64,000 nucleotides of DNA from Candidatus Latescibacterota bacterium (lineage in GTDB: Bacteria > Latescibacterota > UBA2968 > UBA8231), in contig CBDFJF010000001.1 of NCBI GenBank assembly GCA_965248265.1, forward strand, positions 2,816,001-2,880,000. The letters run 5' to 3'. The translations under genes were made by a program, and so were the position numbers. Under the pieces are notes generated by a model that did no database searches, was not told the DNA's origin, and worked only from the letters and a program-made list of their open reading frames with translations. Positions within the stretch are counted from its first letter, which is position 1; every line of letters begins with the position of its first letter. Positions 48,841 to 57,192 of this stretch are shown here, in pieces.

Positions 48841-49793
48841 CAGTTGACCACGTTCTGTGGCTTGCCATCGATAAAGGCCTTCGCGTTCTCGACTAGGGTG
48901 TTGAGGAGCCGCGAGCGCGCCGAACGAGTCGCCCAGGCGATGTGCGGTGTGATGTAGCAGTTGTTCGCCTTCATCAGGGGGTTGTCCATGGACGGCGGCT
49001 CCGTGGTAAGTACGTCCAGGCCGGCTCCGGCGAGCGTGCCGGCATTGAGTGCGTCGGCGAGCGCCTGGTCGTCGACCAGAGGTCCGCGACTGGTGTTTAC
49101 GAGAAATGCCGTCTTCTTCATCAGGGCGAGACGTTCGGCGTTGGCCAGTTTTTCCGTCTCCGGCGTAAGCGGACAGTGCAGGGATATGATGTCGCTGCGC
49201 TTGAAGACCTCTTCGACACTGGCAAATTCAGCGTTGGGATGGTCCGCTGGTTTGATGTAATCGTCATGGACGAGCAGCTTCATGCCGAAGGCACTGGCGA
49301 TCTCACCCGTGCGCTGACCGATGCGGCCATACCCGACGATGCCCATCGTCAGGTCCATCAGTTCGAGTAATGGGAAATCCCAGTAGCAGAAATCCCGGTT
49401 GGAGGTCCAGCGACCCTCCTTGACGGTACCGTCGTGATGGGCGACTCGCTGGGTCAGATTGAGCACATGGGCGAACACCATCTGAGCAACCGAAGGAGTG
49501 CCGTAGGTCGGAATGTTCGTGACCACGATGCCGCGCTCGGCTGCGGCCTCGGTGTCAATAATATTGTACCCCGTAGCTTGGACGCCGATATATTTGAGAT
49601 CGACCAGTTGATCTATCACCTCTTTCGAGATAACGGCCTTGTTGGGCATGATCAACTGGGCTCCCTGGGCGCGCGACACAATCTCATCAGGCGCCGAGTA
49701 GTCGTGGATCTCGGCTTCTCCCAGTGCCTCGAGGCCTTCCCAGGACAGGTCTCCAGGATTGAGGGTGTATCCATCCAGGACGACGATCTTCAT
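48840..49793 (-). CDS. D-2-hydroxyacid dehydrogenase (glycerate dehydrogenase-like)
   Basis: MKIVVLDGYTLNPGDLSW, GYGRIG, SLHCPL, NTSRG, LDVL..EPP, TPHIAWAT. Confidence 0.92.
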   Translation of the reverse strand: MKIVVLDGYTLNPGDLSWEGLEALGEAEIHDYSAPDEIVSRAQGAQLIMPNKAVISKEVIDQLVDLKYIGVQATGYNIIDTEAAAERGIVVTNIPTYGTPSVAQMVFAHVLNLTQRVAHHDGTVKEGRWTSNRDFCYWDFPLLELMDLTMGIVGYGRIGQRTGEIASAFGMKLLVHDDYIKPADHPNAEFASVEEVFKRSDIISLHCPLTPETEKLANAERLALMKKTAFLVNTSRGPLVDDQALADALNAGTLAGAGLDVLTTEPPSMDNPLMKANNCYITPHIAWATRSARSRLLNTLVENAKAFIDGKPQNVVN

Positions 49794-49860
49794 CGGGTGG
49801 TTTCTCCTTAGCTTGTTGGATTAGTCAGCGACCAGAATCAAGGCATTGGGCCCAATCGGT

Positions 49861-50817
49861 TCAACCTTCAACGACGCGCCCGTCGCCCGCCAACTCCCGC
49901 TTCCACGCCAGCAGCTTGTCGATGCTCACCCCGGAACCGCCGCAGACGATGACGAGTACCGTTTGCGCTGCCTCGAGGACGGGGGCGCGTTCGTAGACTG
50001 GGGTGAGGGAGGCGCCGCAGGAGGGTTCAACCAGTACCTTGTGATCGTCAGAAAACCTGACGCAGGCCTCGACGGCGGCCGCATCCGAAACGACCCAGGG
50101 CACGATGTTTCTCGTGGTCGCATATTCGTAAGCCTTCGAAGCTACACGCCGGGCTCCTAGAGTCGTCGCGATACTGTCAATCCGGTCCAGGATGACGAGT
50201 TTGCCGGCCGCCACCGAGGACGCCAACGAGTCGGCACCCTCAGTCTCCACCGCTACCACCTGCACCTCATCCCAACCACAGCCCTCCAACCCTTCCATGA
50301 TACCGCACAGCAGGCCACCACCCCCGACCGAAACGACGATGGCATCCGGCCGCTCACACTGCTGCGCCGCTTCTTCTATGATAGTCGCGTGACCACGCCA
50401 GGTGGTCGGGTGCTCGAACGGATGGATGTAAGCGCCGCCCAACTGCTTCGACAGCTTGTTGGCATGGACGTCGGCGACATCCCAGACATCGCCGTGGACG
50501 ATGACCTCTGCCCCCTCCAGTCCGATTCGCTCGCGCACTTCGGCGGAGGTCGTCTCCGGCACCACCACAGTCGCTGCCACGCCCAGCTGTCGGGCGCTGT
50601 AGGCGACGGCGAGGCCCGCATTTCCACCCGATGAACAGACAAGATGCCGGGTACCTGCCTCGACATGCTCGGCACAAACGCGACCGATACCGCGAATCTT
50701 GAAGGATCCGCCGGGCTGGTAGCAGTCCATCTTCAGCAGCACGGTCTTGCCGCATGCGGCGCTCATTTGAACCGACTCGAACACTGGCGTCTGGTGATGT
50801 AATTCGGTGCTGGGCAT
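49861..50817 (-). CDS. PLP-dependent L-serine/L-threonine ammonia-lyase (SDS/Cha1-like)
   Basis: LH..TP, LKMD..QP.GSFKIRGIG, SSGGNAG.A.AY, SVGGGGLL.G, LVEP.CGA, IVCGG. ATG overlaps the upstream stop (TGATG). Confidence 0.9.
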   Translation of the reverse strand: MPSTELHHQTPVFESVQMSAACGKTVLLKMDCYQPGGSFKIRGIGRVCAEHVEAGTRHLVCSSGGNAGLAVAYSARQLGVAATVVVPETTSAEVRERIGLEGAEVIVHGDVWDVADVHANKLSKQLGGAYIHPFEHPTTWRGHATIIEEAAQQCERPDAIVVSVGGGGLLCGIMEGLEGCGWDEVQVVAVETEGADSLASSVAAGKLVILDRIDSIATTLGARRVASKAYEYATTRNIVPWVVSDAAAVEACVRFSDDHKVLVEPSCGASLTPVYERAPVLEAAQTVLVIVCGGSGVSIDKLLAWKRELAGDGRVVEG

Positions 50818-52076
50818 CAATTGTAACATTCCACGACCGCCTGGCTCCTGATCCTGGCGCGCTCCCAGGCGTGGGGATAGCGCGGGTTGGCTATGGTATT
50901 GGTCCCGGGGATGTGTGGGAATCGCGCAGCGAAGTCCGGAACCAGTTCGAGGCCGAAGCCCGGTTTGTCTGATAGCACGATGTGGCCGTCCTGCGGACGC
51001 ATCGGCTCCGTGAACAGGCCGTAGCGAAACTCGTTCGGGTAGAGAAAAAACTCGACCATGTGTCCCGACGGCACGCCGGCGATGTAATGTGCGTTGCACA
51101 TCGTCCCCAGGCCGCTGTTCCAGTTGTGCATGACCATCTTGCGGCCGTAGAAGTCAGCGACACGACCGATGTACCAGTTTTCGGTGACGCCGATGCGATG
51201 GCAGTCGGTTTGCAGAGCGTCGTAGATCCCCTGCACCAGCCAGGGACCCACCTCACTGGCGCTGCGCAGACCCTCCCCTCCCCAGAGCATCACCCGCGGC
51301 ATCCTCTCTTTTAGCCGCAGGTAGTCATCGAACTGAGCCTCGCCGACGTCTCCCATCGGCTGCTCGAAGAAGAGAAATCCGAGGTCGTTGATGATGGGAG
51401 CAATCTCCAGACACTCCTCCAGGGTCCAGGTGTCGTAGCCCTTCTTTTCCAGGCCGAGGTCGAAATCCGGACCCACCGCCTCACGCAGCTGTCGACAGAT
51501 CTCCCCGAGTACGGTCGGCGTGATTCCATCCTCTTCCCAGTCGGTACCGGGGCGCCACTTGAAGGTGTCGAAGCCCATCTCCTTGTAGCTCAGAGCTTCC
51601 TCGATCAGGGCTTCGGCGCCGTAAGCAGAGCCGTCTCCCCTGTCATAGTAAGTCCAGTTGACTCCCCCGCTGGCGTAGGCCTTCACGTTCGGACTGGGGT
51701 CAGTATCCGTGGCCAGCAGTTTGTACACGGGCACTCCCTTGGCCTTGCCGATCAAGTCCCAACAGGCCACGTCGAGACCGGGGGACAGCGCCATCAACTC
51801 GACGTCGAAAGGATTGCGCCCGATGAGGTGATCACAATTCCCAAGCCGGGCCGCTCCCGGAGCAATACCGACCAGTCCCTGGTCGGTGAATACCTCGACT
51901 ACCGTCTCGTCGCATTTGGTCAGCACCACCGGTCCACACTCGTGGACGTAGGATCCGTCCGCTGGCTTGTAGCTGATCGGGTTGATCTTGATCTCCGTGA
52001 TCTTCAGTTCTTCCCTGCCAATACCCTCTAGCAAGTGCGTGAAACTCCCCCTCTTGCCTTGGTGCTCTCTCTCCAT
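50817..52076 (-). CDS. Mandelate racemase/muconate lactonizing enzyme family (enolase superfamily)
   Basis: LDVACWDLIGK, YASGG, FKWR, FFEQP, WGGE, MHNW, PGFG; own ATG at 52076 with AGGA upstream. In frame with the upstream L7Ae-like segment. Confidence 0.85.
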   Translation of the reverse strand: MEREHQGKRGSFTHLLEGIGREELKITEIKINPISYKPADGSYVHECGPVVLTKCDETVVEVFTDQGLVGIAPGAARLGNCDHLIGRNPFDVELMALSPGLDVACWDLIGKAKGVPVYKLLATDTDPSPNVKAYASGGVNWTYYDRGDGSAYGAEALIEEALSYKEMGFDTFKWRPGTDWEEDGITPTVLGEICRQLREAVGPDFDLGLEKKGYDTWTLEECLEIAPIINDLGFLFFEQPMGDVGEAQFDDYLRLKERMPRVMLWGGEGLRSASEVGPWLVQGIYDALQTDCHRIGVTENWYIGRVADFYGRKMVMHNWNSGLGTMCNAHYIAGVPSGHMVEFFLYPNEFRYGLFTEPMRPQDGHIVLSDKPGFGLELVPDFAARFPHIPGTNTIANPRYPHAWERARIRSQAVVECYN

Positions 52077-52451
52077 CGATTGTTCCTGTGGAGGTAGTGG
52101 TTCATTCCCGGACTCCAGCTTGGCGCGGATACCGTCAGCCAGTGAGCCGGCCTTGACTCCCATGATCGAGACGTCGCTGCGTCCCGCGGACACCGTCATC
52201 TGGCTCAGCGGCGAAACTCGAAAGACCCGGGTCCCTCTCTGATGTAGACGCGACACCTCAGCCATCGTCCCGGGGGCGACACCGGCGTCTGCGAAGATGA
52301 ACGCCAATCCGTTACCCGCGCGACGTACCGCTGACAGCCCCATCGCCACATCCCCCGATTGGCAACCTATGCCGACGAGGGAGGCCACACTCGCTGCCGC
52401 CGTGGACGACAGTTCTTCGATTGTGCGTTCATTGTCGTGTTGTACCATCAA
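52077..52451 (-). CDS. L7Ae/L30e-like (YlxQ-type) RNA-binding domain, no stop before the enolase
   Basis: SLVGIG..SG.V.MG..AV......FIFAD.GVAPGT...V...........M....GR.DVSIMGV....LADGI..KL matches the L7Ae pattern by eye. Confidence 0.6.
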
Positions 52452-52588
52452 CCTTAGCCCCTCAAGTCCTGCGCAGACACAGAGACAGCAGCCCGCAAGA
52501 CGACGGTCTGACCTTCCTCAAAACAGGTATATGTGAGCGACGCGGCCCACCATCCTGGGCAGATGGGTGGCGCCAGCGATTGGCCCGC

Positions 52589-53158
52589 CTACTTGAACGC
52601 CCGCGCCGCCGCCAGAATCACTCCGTTATCCAGACGGACACGGAAGTTCGGATCGACGTGCTGGAAAAGGATGTCACCCTTCCGGCTGGTGATGAAGACG
52701 GATGGTGCGGGCAATGGCTGCTTGCCCTCGCTCTGGAAGACGATCCCCATCTGTCGCATTAGGGTCAGATCGGGATCCGCGAGCAGGGTTATGGTGAGGG
52801 CCAGTTTCTCGGCGGTTTCGGCGAGTGCGGAAGGAGCTTCACCGCTGATGGCGAATAGTTGGTAACCAAGTTGAGAAAGCTGACCTGTTATTTTTTCCAG
52901 CTCGACCAGCTGGTTGCGGCAGAATCCTCACCATCCGCCGCGGTAGAAGACCAAGATGGTCGGTTTGGCGGCGACGGCGCTACCGATGTCGAAGTCCTCA
53001 CCTGCTGCCGTCTTCAACTGCGCCGCCGGCACCGACGCCCCAACCATCAACGGCCGTACCTGGCCGGGCGAGTTGGGCAGTGCCTGTCCTTCCACCACTG
53101 CGGCCGTAACCAGGAACGTCAGCGCCGTACAGATGGAGACGAGATGTCGTGTTTTCAC
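52589..53158 (-). CDS. Secreted AhpC/TSA (peroxiredoxin-like) selenoprotein, UxxC active site, 189 aa
   Basis: Signal peptide; KPTILVFYRGGW-UGA(52930-52928)-GFCRNQL; the frame continues QLFAISGE...LLADPD...PAPSVFI...GDILFQHVDPNFRVRL to TAG 52589. UGA replaces the first Cys of the family WCPxC motif. Confidence 0.88.
52897..52913 (-). promoter_or_regulatory. Putative bacterial SECIS element
   Basis: mRNA CCAGCU-GGUCG-AGCUGG: perfect 6-bp stem with a G-initiated GGUC loop, starting 14 nt after the UGA. Confidence 0.72.
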
Positions 53159-53170
53159 AGTACCTCCGGT

Positions 53171-53926
53171 TTAGGTCTCATCCTGCCTCTTGTTGAGCGC
53201 ATCAGGGGCACCCTGCTCAATCTGAATCGTATCAGTCGCTTCCTGAGCACTTCCGGTATCGATAGAGATCTGGCTAAAGAACCACTTGGTCAGCCACGCC
53301 GTCATCCACGGAATCGGAATGACCAGCATGCATCCAAGCATACCCACTACACAGCGCCACAGGATTTCGTGTCCCTTGCCGGAGAATGAGAACGCGGCAT
53401 CGCCGACGACGTTACGACACTGCCAGCGCACCCAAGCGGCCAGTACCCAGGCCCAGCCGATTATGCTGACGATTGAGACAATGTAGAACAGGTAGTACCC
53501 CAGATAGGGCCAGTACGAACCGACGAAGGAGATCCGCCCACTGACATTCAGGCGCATGGAAGAGACGAACCAGCGAAAAACCAGGAGATACAGCAGGAGA
53601 TTGATTGGAAGGAGAATAAGGGGACGCGCCATCATCAGACCCGGCGGCGCAACCTCCGGCCATGGCAAATTGCCAAACCACCCGATAAGAATGATCAGTA
53701 TTATCGGTAGCCAGATCTCGCCTCCCTGGCCCTCGAACTCGAGCTGGGTGCCGTCATCGGCTTCAGTCTGCTCGACGAACCACCTCGAAAACCACGCTGC
53801 CATCCACGGCGCGGGAACCACCAGAATACTGGCGACGAAGGCGAAGAGATATCTCCCGAACAAGGGCAAGGCCTTGCCGGTGAAAGTCAGACGCGCACCA
53901 GTGCTCAACACGGCAGCTTCAGTCAT
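53171..53926 (-). CDS. DUF898/YjgN-like membrane protein
   Basis: Repeated F.G...-TM-PW units (LTFTGK, LEFEGQGGEIW, ISFVGS, FSFSGKGHEILW); RBS AAGGAG. Confidence 0.7.
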   Translation of the reverse strand: MTEAAVLSTGARLTFTGKALPLFGRYLFAFVASILVVPAPWMAAWFSRWFVEQTEADDGTQLEFEGQGGEIWLPIILIILIGWFGNLPWPEVAPPGLMMARPLILLPINLLLYLLVFRWFVSSMRLNVSGRISFVGSYWPYLGYYLFYIVSIVSIIGWAWVLAAWVRWQCRNVVGDAAFSFSGKGHEILWRCVVGMLGCMLVIPIPWMTAWLTKWFFSQISIDTGSAQEATDTIQIEQGAPDALNKRQDET

Positions 53927-54086
53927 GTCCCTCTCCTTTTGCATCGTCCACCGACTACTCCCCAGGACCCATCAGGTGGGTTTGACCCTGACAAGATACT
54001 GCGTGCGAGCAGGGACAGGCAAATGGCTCAAAGTTCTGTGATTGGGTAGGTGGGTGCCGGAGATCGCGGCCGTCGTGCGAGTGGCT

Positions 54087-54695
54087 TCAACCCTGCAGGG
54101 CGTGCGCCGTCCGCAACCAGTCCAGGAGTTCGCCGTCGACCTCGGATGCGGACCGGAGCTTTACCGAGTGGCCGACACGAGAGGGTCCCAGTTCCTGGGT
54201 TTGGACGATGCGGCTGCTGCGAATCGGTTCGTCTGAAACGAAGCCGAGTCTGAGCCCTTCGTCCTGCACGGTGACGCTACCGAAATGATACTTGTGAATG
54301 AGATTGATCGAAGTCTTGACCGCGTCAACGCGAAACTCACCGAATCGACGCAGTTGGGCCACCAGGGCGTTGTAGATCTCCATCGAGACTGGGTTCTTGC
54401 CCTTGAAATGAATTTCGGTCGATGCCGTCTGGCAGGAGTGGGGTTGGTGAGTTTTGGCGAAAGGCCGTTCGCAGTTCGGGCATTTCCACTTGGAGGATTT
54501 CTTCGGAGCTGAGTTTTTGGCCGGGGCTTTGTTCCCAGCTGCCTTGGCCTTCTTGGCTGATGCCTTCTTGGCTGGTGCCTTCTTCGCTGCCGTCTTCTTG
54601 GCCACCTTCTTCACAGTCTTTTTGGCCGCTTTTTTCGCCTTCTTAGCCGCCGGTTTTTTGATCTGTTTTTTGGTCTGAGTCTTCTTTTTTGCCAT
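54087..54695 (-). CDS. DUF5655-like protein with Lys/Ala-rich histone-like N-terminal tail
   Basis: About 65-aa AKK-rich tail; WKCPNCERPF....Q.HSC; VKTSI; H..KL....EVDGEL..WL..A. Confidence 0.75.
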   Translation of the reverse strand: MAKKKTQTKKQIKKPAAKKAKKAAKKTVKKVAKKTAAKKAPAKKASAKKAKAAGNKAPAKNSAPKKSSKWKCPNCERPFAKTHQPHSCQTASTEIHFKGKNPVSMEIYNALVAQLRRFGEFRVDAVKTSINLIHKYHFGSVTVQDEGLRLGFVSDEPIRSSRIVQTQELGPSRVGHSVKLRSASEVDGELLDWLRTAHALQG

Positions 54696-54950
54696 CTCGA
54701 TCGCTTTCTACAGTCCAATCACCCTTCAAACAAGGGGTGCTGACGGATCCGCCAACAGGCGGCTGCGTGAGCGTTTCTACAAAAGCAGCACAGCAAAATG
54801 TAAGGACGATCGCGAGGGGATGCGACTCTCAGGAGGTAGCGCGGTGTCTGAGGAGTCCCTTGCAAGAGAGCGCGTCTTCAGTTTTCTTGCGGGATCAAGC
54901 CGCCTCTCAAGCCGCCTTCATCACAGTTTCCTCAGAGGAAATCGATCCCC

Positions 54951-55883
54951 ATGGAATACCGATCCCTTGGATCCACCGATCTGGAAGTCTCCAGCCTCGG
55001 CCTCGGCTCCGCACAGTTGGGCATCCGCTACGGCGCTGACCCGGTGGAGCCACCGCCTGCCGCCGAATCAATTCGACTTCTGAGACGAGCGGCTGAATTG
55101 GGCATCAACTATTTCGACACCGCGCCCGTCTACGGCGACATCGAACCGGTGGTCGGAGAGGCGCTGGAGCCGATCCGGCCGCGGCCCGTGATAGGCACCA
55201 AGCTGAACATCAGCGATCAGGACGGTCCCTTCACTGGCGATCAGCTGCGCGATCGCCTGCCTGCCTCCGTCGACGAGAGCCTGCGGAAACTGCGCCTGGA
55301 GTGTATCGATCTGATGCAGATCCACAGTGTGGTGCCCCCTTTCGTCACTGACGAGTTGCTCGAAACCATGGACGAGATCTCCAACAGCGGCAGGGTGCGC
55401 TACTGGGGTGTCACCACCTACGGGGAAGAGGCTCCCTCCGAGGCGTTGACAGCAGGAGGCCGTTTCCGGACGGTGCAGATCGCCTACAGTGCTCTCGACC
55501 GCACCCTCGAGCGTCGGGTGATCCCGCGTCTCCACGAGCAGGGGGTGGGCTTGATCCTGCGCTCGATGTTTCTACAGGGGGCTCTGTCACCAGTGTGGAC
55601 TAAACTGCCCGAACAACTGCACGACCTGCGTGATGCTTGCTCACAGGTCGAGGACCTAGCTGAACAGACGGGGGTATCGATGTCGGAGCTGGCTTTGAGA
55701 TACGCTGTCTTTCAACCGCGGCCGGCTGTGGCCGTGTTCGGCACCCTCAACATGGATGAGATCGACGCCAACGTGGCCCGCATCGACGCTGGACCGTTGC
55801 CCGCCGACGTCATCGACGCCCTCGACCGCATCACTGTTGAAGACGAGTCTCAACTCAACCCGGGTACCTGGGGCCATCTGTAA
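54951..55883 (+). CDS. Aldo/keto reductase
   Basis: LG.TDLEVS.LGLG, GINYFDTAPVYG, GTK, SL.KL....IDLMQIH. Confidence 0.9.
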   Translation: MEYRSLGSTDLEVSSLGLGSAQLGIRYGADPVEPPPAAESIRLLRRAAELGINYFDTAPVYGDIEPVVGEALEPIRPRPVIGTKLNISDQDGPFTGDQLRDRLPASVDESLRKLRLECIDLMQIHSVVPPFVTDELLETMDEISNSGRVRYWGVTTYGEEAPSEALTAGGRFRTVQIAYSALDRTLERRVIPRLHEQGVGLILRSMFLQGALSPVWTKLPEQLHDLRDACSQVEDLAEQTGVSMSELALRYAVFQPRPAVAVFGTLNMDEIDANVARIDAGPLPADVIDALDRITVEDESQLNPGTWGHL

Positions 55884-55986
55884 GCCCCATCTGCGGTCGA
55901 TGATTTTGACGGCGGCAAAGAAACGGGGCTAATATGAGAGCCGTGAGTGACTACAGAATGCCCCGTGCTTGGGCGAAAGGTGACGG

Positions 55987-57189
55987 ATGAAAATCACTGG
56001 AGTCAAGACGACCCTCTACCTCTACAACCTCGGCTGGCGCATGGGTGATGCCAATTCACCTGCCGGGCGAACTCGCGGTGCTGGCTGCGTCGTCGAGCTC
56101 GAGACGGATGCTGGACTGACCGGCATCGGCTTGGGCGGGGGCGGTGTGCAGCCTCAGATACGCGCTCTGGTTGAAGGCGTTCTCAAGGGCCAGGATCCGC
56201 GCAGCGCCCAGGGGTTGTGGAAGCGCATGGCCGACAAGCACTTCAAGGGCGGACACGACGGTCTCATCAACGATGCCATCGCCGTCCTCGATATGGCGGT
56301 CTGGGACCTCAAGGCCAAAGCCAATGATGAGCCGCTTTGGAAAACCCTGGGAGGGTCGAAGACCAGAGTTCACAGCTATGCCAGCGGCATCGAAATTCCG
56401 CTTTCCGACGACGCCATGCACGGTTGGTACTCGAACATGGCAACGCAGTACGGCCTGGGTGGTGGCAAACTCAAGATCGGCCTGGATCAGGATGCCGATT
56501 TGCGCCGGGTCGGACTCATGCGCGATGCCCTGAGCAAGGCCAGCGACGAGCCCATGCTGTTGATCGACGCCAACGAGTACTGGTCGCCCAAACAGGCGAT
56601 CCGCAAGGTCCGCGAAATGGAAGAAGAGTACGACATCACCTGGGTTGAAGAGCCGGCCCGCCGGTGGGATTATCTCGGGCTTCGGCGGATCAAGGACTCC
56701 GTACGCACTGCCGTGTGCGCCGGTGAGAATCTGGATACCCTCGGAGACTTCCTGCCTTATTTCCATCATCAGAGCGCCGATATTATTCAGGTCAGCTGCG
56801 GCATGGGTGGGATCACCCCGGCGCTGCAGATTGCGGATGCCGCCTTCGGCTTCGAGCTGCCCATCACCCTGGGCAATGCTCCCGGACTCATCCATACCCA
56901 TCTGGCTACCGTGATGCCCAATTTCATGACCATGGAAATCTGCACCGTCGAGCCGCCCGATGGCGTGTTCACGACGGATGTAGAAGTCAAAGATGGCTGG
57001 GCGATCCCCGGCGATAAACCCGGGCTCGGAATCGAGATCGACGCGGCAGCCCTGGAAAAGCAAACGATAGAGCAGGTACCAGCAGGGGCCGGGCCGAGTC
57101 CTTTTGGCAGACGCCCCGGCGCGGGCCTGTACGAGGTGCCGCCCACTGAAGAAGAGAAGGCCGAAGCGGCCAAGGGCGGGGAGGTTTAG
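55987..57189 (+). CDS. Mandelate racemase/MLE family enolase
   Basis: LDMAVWDLKAK, YASG, KLKIG, IDANE, WVEEP, AGEN, PGLG. Confidence 0.92.
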   Translation: MKITGVKTTLYLYNLGWRMGDANSPAGRTRGAGCVVELETDAGLTGIGLGGGGVQPQIRALVEGVLKGQDPRSAQGLWKRMADKHFKGGHDGLINDAIAVLDMAVWDLKAKANDEPLWKTLGGSKTRVHSYASGIEIPLSDDAMHGWYSNMATQYGLGGGKLKIGLDQDADLRRVGLMRDALSKASDEPMLLIDANEYWSPKQAIRKVREMEEEYDITWVEEPARRWDYLGLRRIKDSVRTAVCAGENLDTLGDFLPYFHHQSADIIQVSCGMGGITPALQIADAAFGFELPITLGNAPGLIHTHLATVMPNFMTMEICTVEPPDGVFTTDVEVKDGWAIPGDKPGLGIEIDAAALEKQTIEQVPAGAGPSPFGRRPGAGLYEVPPTEEEKAEAAKGGEV

Positions 57190-57192
57190 CCC

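Noticed and set aside
52421-53389. Plus-strand ORFs over the peroxiredoxin-like gene, and the 76-aa truncated call
   Set aside because: Antisense shadows; the UGA read-through frame explains the region.
54824-54833. ACTCTCAGG resembling part of a glycine riboswitch
   Set aside because: The upstream GGAGA...CCGAAG elements are absent and the downstream gene is unrelated to glycine.
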